IMG/VR virus record: IMGVR_UViG_3300047386_000382
Reading direction: 5' to 3' (one strand)
Length of the DNA stretch: 64,000 bases
Origin: an uncultured virus (IMG/VR IMGVR_UViG_3300047386_000382)
Taxonomy: Duplodnaviria; Heunggongvirae; Uroviricota; Caudoviricetes
Shown here: in pieces, positions 28,463 through 38,589 of the stretch
How the letters are laid out: each line of letters begins with the position of its first letter
How positions within the stretch are numbered: position 1 is the stretch's first letter
Translations under genes and position numbers: made by a program
Notes under the pieces: model-generated
Seen by the model: only the letters and a program-made list of their open reading frames with translations
Databases searched by the model: none
Told to the model about the DNA's origin: nothing

Positions 28463-29983
28463 TTAATATGATGATTCTACATAATTAGACGATACTGCAA
28501 ATAATTCTTTAAAACCACCCACATCAGTAACATCATCTGTTTTAATTGTAACTGTTGCAAAAAATCCTCTAATGCCAGATATTTGTCTACCATGAAGGAT
28601 TTCACCAATTCTAATTGTAGTATTATTCTTTAATCTTGCAACATATTTGTTTTCTTTTCTGTCAAAGCCAGCATAATATTTTATAAGCGCGGGATCATAT
28701 GTGCCCAATACAGAATAATAGTTAGCTTTTTCTACAACTTGACCATCTGCTGGATTTATTACATACTCACCTCCGTAATAACTTTTTACAGCTGTAGTTG
28801 AATCGTTTGATGTTGTATATATATTGTTAACTGAATCTTGCCCCGTTTCGCTTGAAATGAACCCCGGGTAACTTACGTTATTGTTGTCAACTACAGTATC
28901 TATTTCCCATCCGTTGCTTCCTTCGTAGCCTACTGTTTGAAAAGTTTTGACAGAGCTTACCTTCGTGTTAAATACAAATGTTATTGACGAGCCCGTTCTT
29001 TCGCCGTAAAAAGTACCGCGTGCATTTGTTGAGGTTGCATCATAATGACGAAATAATTCACCATCTTTCATGGTATAAAAATCATTACGAAGGCTAAACA
29101 TGTGATCCGGCTTATACGTGAAAAAGCTTACCCAACCTTTAGGCTGTTCATCAAAAGACAAAGTATCATACATTTCGGATGAAGAAGCAACATTTTTTTG
29201 TGTAGAAATAACGTACTGTTTATTATGTATATCATAACCACCCAAAATAACACCAAAGCCTGTAGCATCATCTATGTCGTTAAATTTATCTCTAAAATAA
29301 TCACGCATTCCATATTTTGAAATTTCTTCAAGACCATTCATTGAAAGTCTCAAAACAGAATTTCTGCGTTTATCAGTAAAATATTTCTGATAACCATAAA
29401 CAGCAAAGCTTTCTGGGTTTTTACTAATACCGAATTCGCCTGCATATGGAACTATTTGCCCAATTACAACCTTAGAAGATGTAACAGTTCCACCCCCTTC
29501 GGCTGAATATATTGCGTCTTTATCAATAAGAGCTCTACTAACTTTGTTTTCTTGAAATATAACTAAGTTAGTGTCTTCAGCATATAGTTTTTGTATACTT
29601 CCTTTAGCTGGGTCAACTGATTTAGTAATATCTTCACCAACTGAAAATACATTAGTATCATTAATACCTGTTCTAGAATTAAATATACCTGAATAAATTA
29701 ATGCATTACCTCTTACAGATCCGTTTGGTTCATCTTCAACTAAATAAGCTTTTACTCCAAAATCTACCGTGGTATTATTATACCCGCCTCGTATTCTAGA
29801 TTCTTCAATTGCCCATGTGCTATCGGATACGTTATTAGTAGCTATTTGAGGGTAGCCGCCTAAATCTGTAGGTATACCAAAAGAGCCGTTGGCGCCGCCT
29901 CTACCATTACTAGCGTTTCCAATTTGCCCTACTCTTTTCAAAAGAAAGGTGTTAAAGTATTTAACTTCTATAATTGCACCCAT
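28463..29983 (-). CDS. Tail structural protein (nozzle/stabilisation-like)
   Basis: GEFGISKNPESFA..YFTD and GWVSF..Y.P motifs; tail context. Confidence 0.7.
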   Translation of the reverse strand: MGAIIEVKYFNTFLLKRVGQIGNASNGRGGANGSFGIPTDLGGYPQIATNNVSDSTWAIEESRIRGGYNNTTVDFGVKAYLVEDEPNGSVRGNALIYSGIFNSRTGINDTNVFSVGEDITKSVDPAKGSIQKLYAEDTNLVIFQENKVSRALIDKDAIYSAEGGGTVTSSKVVIGQIVPYAGEFGISKNPESFAVYGYQKYFTDKRRNSVLRLSMNGLEEISKYGMRDYFRDKFNDIDDATGFGVILGGYDIHNKQYVISTQKNVASSSEMYDTLSFDEQPKGWVSFFTYKPDHMFSLRNDFYTMKDGELFRHYDATSTNARGTFYGERTGSSITFVFNTKVSSVKTFQTVGYEGSNGWEIDTVVDNNNVSYPGFISSETGQDSVNNIYTTSNDSTTAVKSYYGGEYVINPADGQVVEKANYYSVLGTYDPALIKYYAGFDRKENKYVARLKNNTTIRIGEILHGRQISGIRGFFATVTIKTDDVTDVGGFKELFAVSSNYVESSY

Positions 29984-30009
29984 TTATTATCACTTATTTA
30001 TATAAATTA

Positions 30010-30489
30010 TTACACAGTTCCGTCGTATATTAGTATTGGCTGCTCTGTATAATTTCTTTTTTGTTTTTTTTCATTAAGATACGTAGGGCTAACCCAAAAA
30101 AGGCCGTCTTCCTTCCATTTGCCTCTAAATCTTTTATGCACACCTGATGCTATCTTATATCGTTCCATACTAACAGCAAATTTTCTATCCTCCAAGCTTA
30201 GCATACCATGTATAGATTGATGCGAACTGTGTACTTTTTTTTGATAATGTATATCAATAATAATAGGATCTATAAGTGTTGCTTTAGTTAATGATTCTTT
30301 CAAATGAGGCAAAACTTTATTTCCAACAACTATAAAATCAATATCTTTTGAATCCCATTTATTTTCTATGATCCCGCCTACAAGATAAAGTTTATACCCT
30401 TTCCAATTAATTTTTTTTACTTCATTTATTAATTTTTGGGTATACTCGTGATGTAACCTAAGCTTATAATTACCTAAACGATTTTTCAT
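30010..30489 (-). CDS. Minimal Pol-beta-superfamily nucleotidyltransferase
   Basis: YLVGG...SKDIDFIVV and a third acidic residue in IIIDIHY. Confidence 0.7.
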   Translation of the reverse strand: MKNRLGNYKLRLHHEYTQKLINEVKKINWKGYKLYLVGGIIENKWDSKDIDFIVVGNKVLPHLKESLTKATLIDPIIIDIHYQKKVHSSHQSIHGMLSLEDRKFAVSMERYKIASGVHKRFRGKWKEDGLFWVSPTYLNEKKQKRNYTEQPILIYDGTV

Positions 30490-33400
30490 ACAATAACATA
30501 GCTGTATACATTTACATCTGATGAAGACACTGTGTTTCCGTATGTATTATTAACTAGAGAATTATCATATTCGCAGTCTTCTAGCGCTTCAAACGCTCGA
30601 CCGGCTGTTGAACCTCTAGCCCAATTGCTATTAGACCCGCAAGTAGTTGTGGTTCCGTTATTAAAATTCGCATTCGTTCTGTCAATTTCTATAGCATTTG
30701 ATGAATCTGCTGTAAGCGTAAGATCTTCCCATGTTCCATCATACAAATAATACCCGTCTGTTGGAGCACCCTCGTTAAAATATAATTCTACAAATTCCAC
30801 ATCAACATCATTATAATTATTCAATATGTATGTAGACTCACGCCTTCTGACAGTTTGTACAACATTTCCAAAACTAACAGTAATAGTTAAAGTATCTTGT
30901 GCACCGCCGGCATCTCGCAACCTAACAATTATAGTATAATCGTCTATAGGAATACCCATTTGAGATTCATCATTTATAACTTTACAAGTAGATAATGAAT
31001 TTGTACTTGATGTAATTAGCGAAAAATGAGATACAGAATTGCCAGAACTTCCGGTTTGAGAAGTAATGTCCCAAATAAGGTCTTTACCTGAATGATTACT
31101 ATTTCCTCCATTTTTACCTGTGATAGTTAGCATAATTGATGTAGACCTGCCTATTGCGCCAAGATTACCATTGGGTGGGCTTGTGCCATTTGCGGCAAAT
31201 ATTTCTGGTGCTAAATTTCCAAGTAAAGCCTCTTTTGTTATTATAGTTGTAGAAGAGTTACCTCCGTCTGTTAGCACTGCTTCAAAAGTAAAATCAAAGT
31301 TTCTTTTTCCCGCTGTAGCGCCGTAATATACATTACTAAAAAAAGTAGATGTTGTTTGAACGTTGTAATTAAAAGCGCCGTCATCTACTAAATTAAAATA
31401 TGTTGTTACATTTTGTGGTGTTCCTTCTCTATTAAAAACGCTTAAAAGTGTTAAAGAAGTTATTGTGTTAGTATCAATATCTGCGCCAAAATTATCAACT
31501 AACCTAAAATCACCGTTAAGTATATCTGCTCCGCTCGCAATATCTTCATCAAATGGTGATGTATTAAAGCTGCTAAAAAATGCGACAGCACCGCTTCCTG
31601 AATTTGCTACGGCTGAGTTTAAATCCGAAACAAGACCAGCTGATGTAGTTTCCCAAAATATATCTAACTTTGATTCAACAGGCTCTGTTTCAAAAACAGC
31701 TAAATTTTCAATAGTTATAAAACTACCACTTCCTGGTGCAGGTGTTCCAAATTGTAAGTTATCATTAAAACTTGTAGTGATCTCACCAACTATTGGATTA
31801 GCATTATTATTGTAAAATAAAAATATATTATCCGCATTTGTAACCGGAGGCGTTGTGTTATCGTAGTTAAACAAATCAAATAAATCTTGTATATTATTTA
31901 CAGTAAATGAATTTTTTGCTGGATAAAATTGCCTATTGCCATTTACATCAAACGAATATTTAGGCGAAGCATTCGGGTTAGGGTCTTCATTATTAACACG
32001 TCCATATAACCTAACTGAGCTTCTAAAAGATTTGTCCTGCGGGCCAACCTCTGCTAAATCTCTAGGTACCTTATTTATATTGTCATTTATAAGCGATATA
32101 TAAGATGTTTCTCTTCCGTCTGTTGAATTAATAGCAGCATCGCCCTTTAATGCTCCTGCAGTATAAACATTGTAATATTCTTGCTCTGTTTGTTTTACAA
32201 CTATTTTATAGCTATACCAACCTAATGGATTATAAGCAAGGTCATTAACATCGCCGTTATAAAGACCAGGTTCTAATGTGCTACTTGAAAAATTATTATT
32301 TACTCCAGAAGTTATTAATTGATTAAATAAAACTTTTATTGATTGCCCTTTCCATTGATCAGGCGCGGTTTCTTCTGTTATATACGGAGCATATACAGTT
32401 GATCCTAAATATGTTTCTGCGCCAACTGTAAGAGATCTAGTACTATTAGAAAGTATAACTCCAGATTGCCTTCCGTATCTGTCCGATAAAACAAATCCAA
32501 TTTGATATTGTCTGTTTGTTTTCAATGAGCTACTGGGGTATTCAACTAAACTTGTTGATGTTTCAACATCACCCTGTGCGGAAAATGAAAGAACAGTATC
32601 ATTTGGAACAGAAATAGCGGTATCTACTACTAATGTAGAAGGCGGCGTAAAAGACGTTACTATAACCGTCCCAGAAATGCCGTTACCCGTAACAATTGCA
32701 CCTGGATAAGGCTGAAATCCTGTAACTGGTCCTGATATATTATTAATGTTTAATGTGGTTGCATTTACATAATCCCCATCAACATCCGCAACCCCTGTTT
32801 TTAAATTAAAATCTAATTTTTCAGTAAGTGCCACATTGTAATTTAAAGCTGCGGGTGGGGTATGCTTTGTTTGAAAATTACCATATATTATCCTATTGCT
32901 AGCAACTTCTTGAGATAAAGCTCTAACTGGTATTTTATCGTAGACCCTTATTAAGTCTTTTTCCGGTAACGTTTTATATGGCTTTTTGTTTGTGTAATTA
33001 TAGGTATAGTATTCATTAGACCCAACATCACTTATTACAGAAATAGGTATTGTATCTATAACATTTACTGCTAACCCATCTGATTCTTTTGAAATAATAT
33101 CAATTTCTTTTATAAGAAAATTTGATTCTATTGAGTTTGCAGCACCTGGAAGTGGTATTATCAGTTCAATATTATTAACTTTATTCTCCATAAAAGAAAC
33201 AATACTTGATTCAAATGCTTCTTGCTGGTCTTCGTCAAAAAAGTAGCCGTCTTGCTTCGGAATAAAACATGATTGCGTAAATGGTGCAAATATTGAATAT
33301 TCGCCATCATCAAATTTAAATCTATAGCTAAATCTTATAAATTTATTTTCTATAAATTTAGAATCGCCTGAATATGTAAGATCATAATATGGATTAGGAA

Positions 33401-34253
33401 CGAATACTACTTTGTCAGTTGTTTGAAATGAAGTGCTTCCCGTTAATGTTAAAATGCCACTACTCGTAACATATTGCTGAACAGTTAGGTTTAAGTATGT
33501 TAATACACCGTTTTCACTAAGCTTAGCAACACTTAATCCGTTAGCGGGTTCGGAATAAGCGCCGGGAAAAACTAGTTGATTTATTTCACCTGAATTTCCG
33601 CTCCAATTTACGATGCTAGCTATCCCACCGTTTGGAAGAAATACACTCGAAACATCTTTCATTGTAGTTTCATATTGAATAGCAGATGAGGAGCCAATGT
33701 TGAACTTATATAGCTCCATTGGCAAATACGGATTGTATTTTGCAACAGATATTTGGTCTTCTGTTGTATAATATGTACCACCAGCGGCTGATTCAATGTT
33801 TATTTTTCTAGGCTGGTTTCTATTGTCTGTAAAAAATAATAATTCTTCTAAAATATTAACCCCTGTTATTGGGTATAATTTAGAAAAATTTAAAAATGGC
33901 CCTTCAACCAATTTAGTAGCAGTAGCGTTGTTTATGTCATACTGATATATATAATGATGTGAACCAGCATTTTCATGATTATATTGCTCATTATCATTGT
34001 CTGTTAAAAAAACAAATATTAGTCCTCTTGCCTCATCTGTTAAAAACCCAATAGAGCTTAAGTTAGATACACTTGGTACAAAATCCACAACAGATATATT
34101 GCCTAATATGTTTTCTAAAGCTCCTTCGTCTGGACCTTCTGATCGGCTGACTTGTGCGTTAATAGCATGTCTGTATTCTCCAGATGGTAATAACCGCGCA
34201 TCTAGGTCCTTGTTCATCTTCGATTTTATGAAGGCGTTTTTAACTTCAGGCAT
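30486..34253 (-). CDS. Large tail structural protein (nozzle/stabilisation-like)
   Basis: KMNKDLDARL..GEY..A.N start, LFFTDNRNQPRKINI, RFSYRFKFDDGEYS. Confidence 0.75.
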   Translation of the reverse strand: MPEVKNAFIKSKMNKDLDARLLPSGEYRHAINAQVSRSEGPDEGALENILGNISVVDFVPSVSNLSSIGFLTDEARGLIFVFLTDNDNEQYNHENAGSHHYIYQYDINNATATKLVEGPFLNFSKLYPITGVNILEELLFFTDNRNQPRKINIESAAGGTYYTTEDQISVAKYNPYLPMELYKFNIGSSSAIQYETTMKDVSSVFLPNGGIASIVNWSGNSGEINQLVFPGAYSEPANGLSVAKLSENGVLTYLNLTVQQYVTSSGILTLTGSTSFQTTDKVVFVPNPYYDLTYSGDSKFIENKFIRFSYRFKFDDGEYSIFAPFTQSCFIPKQDGYFFDEDQQEAFESSIVSFMENKVNNIELIIPLPGAANSIESNFLIKEIDIISKESDGLAVNVIDTIPISVISDVGSNEYYTYNYTNKKPYKTLPEKDLIRVYDKIPVRALSQEVASNRIIYGNFQTKHTPPAALNYNVALTEKLDFNLKTGVADVDGDYVNATTLNINNISGPVTGFQPYPGAIVTGNGISGTVIVTSFTPPSTLVVDTAISVPNDTVLSFSAQGDVETSTSLVEYPSSSLKTNRQYQIGFVLSDRYGRQSGVILSNSTRSLTVGAETYLGSTVYAPYITEETAPDQWKGQSIKVLFNQLITSGVNNNFSSSTLEPGLYNGDVNDLAYNPLGWYSYKIVVKQTEQEYYNVYTAGALKGDAAINSTDGRETSYISLINDNINKVPRDLAEVGPQDKSFRSSVRLYGRVNNEDPNPNASPKYSFDVNGNRQFYPAKNSFTVNNIQDLFDLFNYDNTTPPVTNADNIFLFYNNNANPIVGEITTSFNDNLQFGTPAPGSGSFITIENLAVFETEPVESKLDIFWETTSAGLVSDLNSAVANSGSGAVAFFSSFNTSPFDEDIASGADILNGDFRLVDNFGADIDTNTITSLTLLSVFNREGTPQNVTTYFNLVDDGAFNYNVQTTSTFFSNVYYGATAGKRNFDFTFEAVLTDGGNSSTTIITKEALLGNLAPEIFAANGTSPPNGNLGAIGRSTSIMLTITGKNGGNSNHSGKDLIWDITSQTGSSGNSVSHFSLITSSTNSLSTCKVINDESQMGIPIDDYTIIVRLRDAGGAQDTLTITVSFGNVVQTVRRRESTYILNNYNDVDVEFVELYFNEGAPTDGYYLYDGTWEDLTLTADSSNAIEIDRTNANFNNGTTTTCGSNSNWARGSTAGRAFEALEDCEYDNSLVNNTYGNTVSSSDVNVYSYVIV

Positions 34254-35167
34254 TAGTGTTTAATTATTTTAGATTTATTTCTAAATACTTGTGAAATTTC
34301 CTCAAGTTTAATATTTGATATTCTTAACTTAGTGTTTCTAAGCTTAGCTCTTTTTTCTTTTTTAAGTCTTTGCACAATATACTCGGGTTGATTAGCTCGT
34401 CCAGAAATAACAGCATAAATTATATATGCATAAAAAGCTTCTTCTGCCAACTTAGGCACTTTCATATCTGTAGTATAAGCCAACCCATCAGATATATATT
34501 CTAGAATTATTACTTTATCAACTAAATCACTTGAAAAAGCAAATTTACCTTCTCTTTCGTTTATTGTAAAAAAACCATTTATTTGCGTTGTTTCTGGGTT
34601 TAAACCGAACCTTTGACCAACCCCCAATCTATGTTTAGAAAAATCATTTATAGCCGCATCTGAAAAGTTTTCATCATAACCTCCGGTTATTTTTTTCATA
34701 TCTGCTGCCTTCCATCTTTCTTCTGTAATAGATGTTCCTTCTAGGTTATTACCGCTAATATCCTGTGTAGGTACGCCTTGCCCATCTTGCACAGGCACTT
34801 CGGTCGGACTACTTGTAAGACGAGTAGGGTATATTACATGTTTAACACCTAAAGTGTCCGCCCACGATGCTCTAACATAATTAACATAGTCTTGTGGAAT
34901 TGCCACAGTAAGATTATTTGGAATTGTTAGTTCTTGTGATTTAATGCTTTTTAAAGTATCGTAGCTAAACTCTTGCATTGCTCGCTTGGCATGAAATATT
35001 ATTTCATTTCTATTAACAGAGGAAATAAGTTTACCATCACCAACATGTATCATCAAAAAGTTATTGATAAGCTCTGTTATAGATATATATCTGTAGCTAC
35101 CGTAATCATCACCGGTGTAATATTGCTCATTAGTTTGCGTTATTAATCCGCCATCAGGTGCTGCCAT
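34253..35167 (-). CDS. Virion structural protein (tail adaptor/ring)
   Basis: IPQDYVNYV and ILEYISDG; position downstream of capsid genes. Confidence 0.65.
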   Translation of the reverse strand: MAAPDGGLITQTNEQYYTGDDYGSYRYISITELINNFLMIHVGDGKLISSVNRNEIIFHAKRAMQEFSYDTLKSIKSQELTIPNNLTVAIPQDYVNYVRASWADTLGVKHVIYPTRLTSSPTEVPVQDGQGVPTQDISGNNLEGTSITEERWKAADMKKITGGYDENFSDAAINDFSKHRLGVGQRFGLNPETTQINGFFTINEREGKFAFSSDLVDKVIILEYISDGLAYTTDMKVPKLAEEAFYAYIIYAVISGRANQPEYIVQRLKKEKRAKLRNTKLRISNIKLEEISQVFRNKSKIIKH

Positions 35168-35170
35168 ATG

Positions 35171-36142
35171 TTAACTTTTAGAGTTTATTTGTTCGGATTG
35201 AACAGCTTGCGCCGCAACCTGCACAACTTGGGGGTCTTTTATTATAATACCTGCGTATGCTAATATTCTTAATATAACATTAGTTTGTTCTGACTCTATT
35301 AGTTCAAACTGAGTTGAAACGCTTGCTGAATATAAATATTGACCTAAATTGCCAGTAGAAAAACCCCAAACAATATCAGACGGTTTTCTTATATAAGATA
35401 CTTTTATATCGTTGGCACTTGCAATGCTTGAAGGGTATATATATAAATGAGGGCTACCTGTATTATTACCTGTTGTCCCTTGAGTAGCTCTTTCGTATAT
35501 ATATACAGGAAAATCTGTTGTGGGCTTTGTTAAAAGAGACGCGTTTAAGTAAAGATATTCGTTTCTATTAACCTTTTGAAGCTCTACGGCATTATTGTAA
35601 ATAACCGTGCCTAGTTTATATAAGTCATTTGGCACAGAAAAATACAAATCAGGATTAACAGAGTTTATTGTTAAAATAGCGTCTGTAGTGCCACCTGTTA
35701 TTATTACTGTGTTTGTAGCTGAATATCCTGATGCACCATTAGCTATAGTAACTGACTGTATTATTCCTCCACTGGTTGTAGTGTTTACAGTGAGTCCTGA
35801 GCCGTCTCCACCGCTAGTAGTAACATTTGTGCCATTACTATATCCGGTTCCTCCATTAGTAACAGTTACCGTTAAAACTCTTCCTGCGGGAGTTGTAAAT
35901 GTATTTCCAAATTGTTTAAATATAGCTAAGCATTCATCTACATTTTTTTGTCTGTCAGCATATTCAACATTTGTTTGCGGCACTCTAAGCTGTTGGTTTA
36001 AGTCATTAAAATAACTTTCAAAAATTTCCAATTGCACCTGAGTAGCTACTTTGTTGAATTCATCTGGGGTCATATAGCCCCGCTGTTCTTTATTTAAAAT
36101 AGATAAAACCGTTTGATATACGGTATTTACATTTATAGCCAT
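35171..36142 (-). CDS. Virion structural protein (head-tail connector) with a G/T-rich insertion
   Basis: NKEQRGYMTPDEFN start; GGTGY/GASGY beta-repeat insert. Confidence 0.65.
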   Translation of the reverse strand: MAINVNTVYQTVLSILNKEQRGYMTPDEFNKVATQVQLEIFESYFNDLNQQLRVPQTNVEYADRQKNVDECLAIFKQFGNTFTTPAGRVLTVTVTNGGTGYSNGTNVTTSGGDGSGLTVNTTTSGGIIQSVTIANGASGYSATNTVIITGGTTDAILTINSVNPDLYFSVPNDLYKLGTVIYNNAVELQKVNRNEYLYLNASLLTKPTTDFPVYIYERATQGTTGNNTGSPHLYIYPSSIASANDIKVSYIRKPSDIVWGFSTGNLGQYLYSASVSTQFELIESEQTNVILRILAYAGIIIKDPQVVQVAAQAVQSEQINSKS

Positions 36143-36157
36143 ATTTTTATTTTAATA

Positions 36158-36186
36158 AAGAGCGGCAACATAACGCTACCGCTCTA
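36158..36186 (-). terminator. Stem-loop (terminator or processing site)
   Basis: AGAGCGGTAGC-gttat-GTTGCCGCTCT followed by TTATT on the minus strand. Confidence 0.55.
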
Positions 36187-36201
36187 TATTAGTATTACGC
36201 G

Positions 36202-37026
36202 TTATGCAAACTTTTTCTCAATTGATTTATAAACTTCTACACCTTCATCTGTTTGCAAAAATGCAGCAAAAGCTGAATATGGGTTTTCATCAAATGGTAC
36301 AGTCATTAGCTTTTTATCATTTGACGCCCAAGAAAAGATTCTTTGGTCCTGTGAAAGTTTAATAATATTTGCTTCTTTTGCTTTAATTGCAAAATTACGA
36401 AGTTGAACATTATCGTCGTTCGCTAGCTCTAAAAATAGCTCAGGATTTCTTTTAGCAAACAAAAGTAAATCTCTCTTCAATTCTTTAGAACTCATTTTTG
36501 AAACTGAGCTGCCAAGCTCAACTCGAACAATAGCTTCAGCCATGTCAACATCCATTGCCATTGCAGCATTAAGAGCTTCCAGTTCTATTTCAATACCTTC
36601 AAGCTGATCTTTTGCTTCAACAACAGAATCATGTTCTGTATATCTTTTATTTAAAAATGGGTGATATAAAGAAAGCAGCTTTTGTAATGCTTGCTTTTCT
36701 TTGCTTACAAATAAGTGGCCATTCTTAAACATAATATGCCCTAATGTAGCTTCACCATTTTGTTCATCAACAAATGGAGAATTTTGATTAGTTGCATATC
36801 TAAGCTCTCTTTGTTCATTTTTTTCTGAATCAAACCAAAGCAATGATCTATGCCTAGAATGCCTGGCTGGTACAGTATAAGTTAATGGAGACGAATCTAC
36901 TAAATAGTAGTGTCTATCTTTAATTTCCCATTGTGGTTCTTTTAGCTCTTTTTTTACAGTTTTAGCCTTAACTATTTTCTGAGGTGCAACCTCAATTGTT
37001 TCTTCTGCTACAGCTTTTTTTGCCAT
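36202..37026 (-). CDS. Conserved hypothetical protein downstream of the capsid gene
   Basis: Long ORF; ELRYATNQNSPFVDEQ. Confidence 0.75.
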   Translation of the reverse strand: MAKKAVAEETIEVAPQKIVKAKTVKKELKEPQWEIKDRHYYLVDSSPLTYTVPARHSRHRSLLWFDSEKNEQRELRYATNQNSPFVDEQNGEATLGHIMFKNGHLFVSKEKQALQKLLSLYHPFLNKRYTEHDSVVEAKDQLEGIEIELEALNAAMAMDVDMAEAIVRVELGSSVSKMSSKELKRDLLLFAKRNPELFLELANDDNVQLRNFAIKAKEANIIKLSQDQRIFSWASNDKKLMTVPFDENPYSAFAAFLQTDEGVEVYKSIEKKFA

Positions 37027-37052
37027 GATATAATATAATAAAAGTTTTAATA

Positions 37053-37090
37053 AAAATAAAAACTACCCCCGCAGTTAAACGAGGGTAATT
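37053..37090 (-). terminator. Intrinsic terminator after the major capsid gene
   Basis: TTACCCTCG-loop-CGGGGGTAG then TTTTTATTTTT on the minus strand. Confidence 0.75.
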
Positions 37091-37109
37091 TTTTTTAAAA
37101 GGATAATGC

Positions 37110-38570
37110 TTATTTCTTCAACAATACGAAGTTGTTAGCACCTTGAACACACAAACATCTTTCTGACAAGAAGTGTACATTCATTGCATCCTCGCTTGAA
37201 GTAAATGCTCCACCTACTGAACCTGTAATCCAAGTTTTCATTCTTCGATCATCAGCTTCAGATGCACGGTAACGTACGTGAAGGAATGGTCGTCGAATGT
37301 TAGTACCAAGGATTTGGTCATATACAGTAGAAGTACCAGCTGGAATAAGAACACCATCAATTGAGTCTTCACCTGTTCCGTCTGTTGCGAAGGACGAGTC
37401 GAATCCACGAGTAGAAGCATCATTTAGATATTTCCAGTCAGTCTTATAGAAATCATAAGAACCTCTGCGGAAGCCAGTAAATCCAAGATTCAAAGCCATT
37501 TCTTCAGAATTTTCGAATATACCGTAAGCAGATCCAGCCCCAGCATTTCCGCCGTTTAGCCCTGCAAGCATATCGTCAAAAGCTAGATTGGTAGTACGAT
37601 CTAAGAAAAGCATGTTTTCTTCAATTGCACCTTGCCCATCTAGGTTTTTAAGAATTTCGTCAAAAGAATCTAGTGTCGCGGGGAAAGCTGAATATACATT
37701 CCCACGTTTATTAAGCGCAGCGAAAAGCCCTTCAGTACCTTTTACATTTTGTTTGTAAGCAGAAATAGAACCTGTAGTATCAGTTGCTGAATCAGATTTT
37801 TCAGCTTCAACCATTGTCATCTCTAAGTAATCTTGATAACGTAGTCTTGTTTCAGACTCAGCCTTTAGGTACCATAGATATCCAGAAGTTCCATCTTCAG
37901 TAGCAACTTCAACCCATCCAATCTGAGCAGTGTCAGAACCATTAATACCGTAGTGGTCTTTAATGATAATTGGTGAGTTATTAAATTGAGTAAACTCAGG
38001 ATCTACTGAACCTTCCATTCCAGAAGTTCCTTTTCCAAATTCAGAACCAAATACAAATACTTTTAAAGCATCTGCAGCTACAAGAGCAGCTGACCATGTT
38101 GCTGACCCGAATGGGTGAGCTTCAACGGTAGTCCCTGTAATCGCGCTTACAAAAGCTTTTTGCTCAGTGCCTGTGTCAGGATCAAGAACAACAATCAATG
38201 CATTCTTACGAATCGCATGATGTTTTCCAGTGCCTCCAACAATACTAGATCCTCCAGTAGTGTTGTCTCCAATAATTACAGTAGCGCTATCAGCGGCTGC
38301 AATTGTACATGCGTTATACGAAATGTGTAAACGATTTTGCTCAGACCAAATTACTTGATCAGAACTCATCGGCATCTCAGCTCCTACCATCTGAAGGAAT
38401 CCAGAAAGCGTACGGTTTCCGTATCGCTCTACTTCAGCTTCATAAATTTCAGGTAGATATTGTTGAGAAAAGTCATTACCAGCACCACTTGTAAAATCAA
38501 GATAGTTTGAAGTGCCGGTTTGTTTTGCAGCCGTTGGGATCAACGAGCCGTACAAAGGTGATAGTCCCAT
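37110..38570 (-). CDS. Major capsid protein
   Basis: 486 aa after portal and scaffold; QQYLPEIYEAEVERYGNRT; followed by a terminator. Confidence 0.85.
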   Translation of the reverse strand: MGLSPLYGSLIPTAAKQTGTSNYLDFTSGAGNDFSQQYLPEIYEAEVERYGNRTLSGFLQMVGAEMPMSSDQVIWSEQNRLHISYNACTIAAADSATVIIGDNTTGGSSIVGGTGKHHAIRKNALIVVLDPDTGTEQKAFVSAITGTTVEAHPFGSATWSAALVAADALKVFVFGSEFGKGTSGMEGSVDPEFTQFNNSPIIIKDHYGINGSDTAQIGWVEVATEDGTSGYLWYLKAESETRLRYQDYLEMTMVEAEKSDSATDTTGSISAYKQNVKGTEGLFAALNKRGNVYSAFPATLDSFDEILKNLDGQGAIEENMLFLDRTTNLAFDDMLAGLNGGNAGAGSAYGIFENSEEMALNLGFTGFRRGSYDFYKTDWKYLNDASTRGFDSSFATDGTGEDSIDGVLIPAGTSTVYDQILGTNIRRPFLHVRYRASEADDRRMKTWITGSVGGAFTSSEDAMNVHFLSERCLCVQGANNFVLLKK

Positions 38571-38589
38571 TTTTTATAAATTTTAAGTT

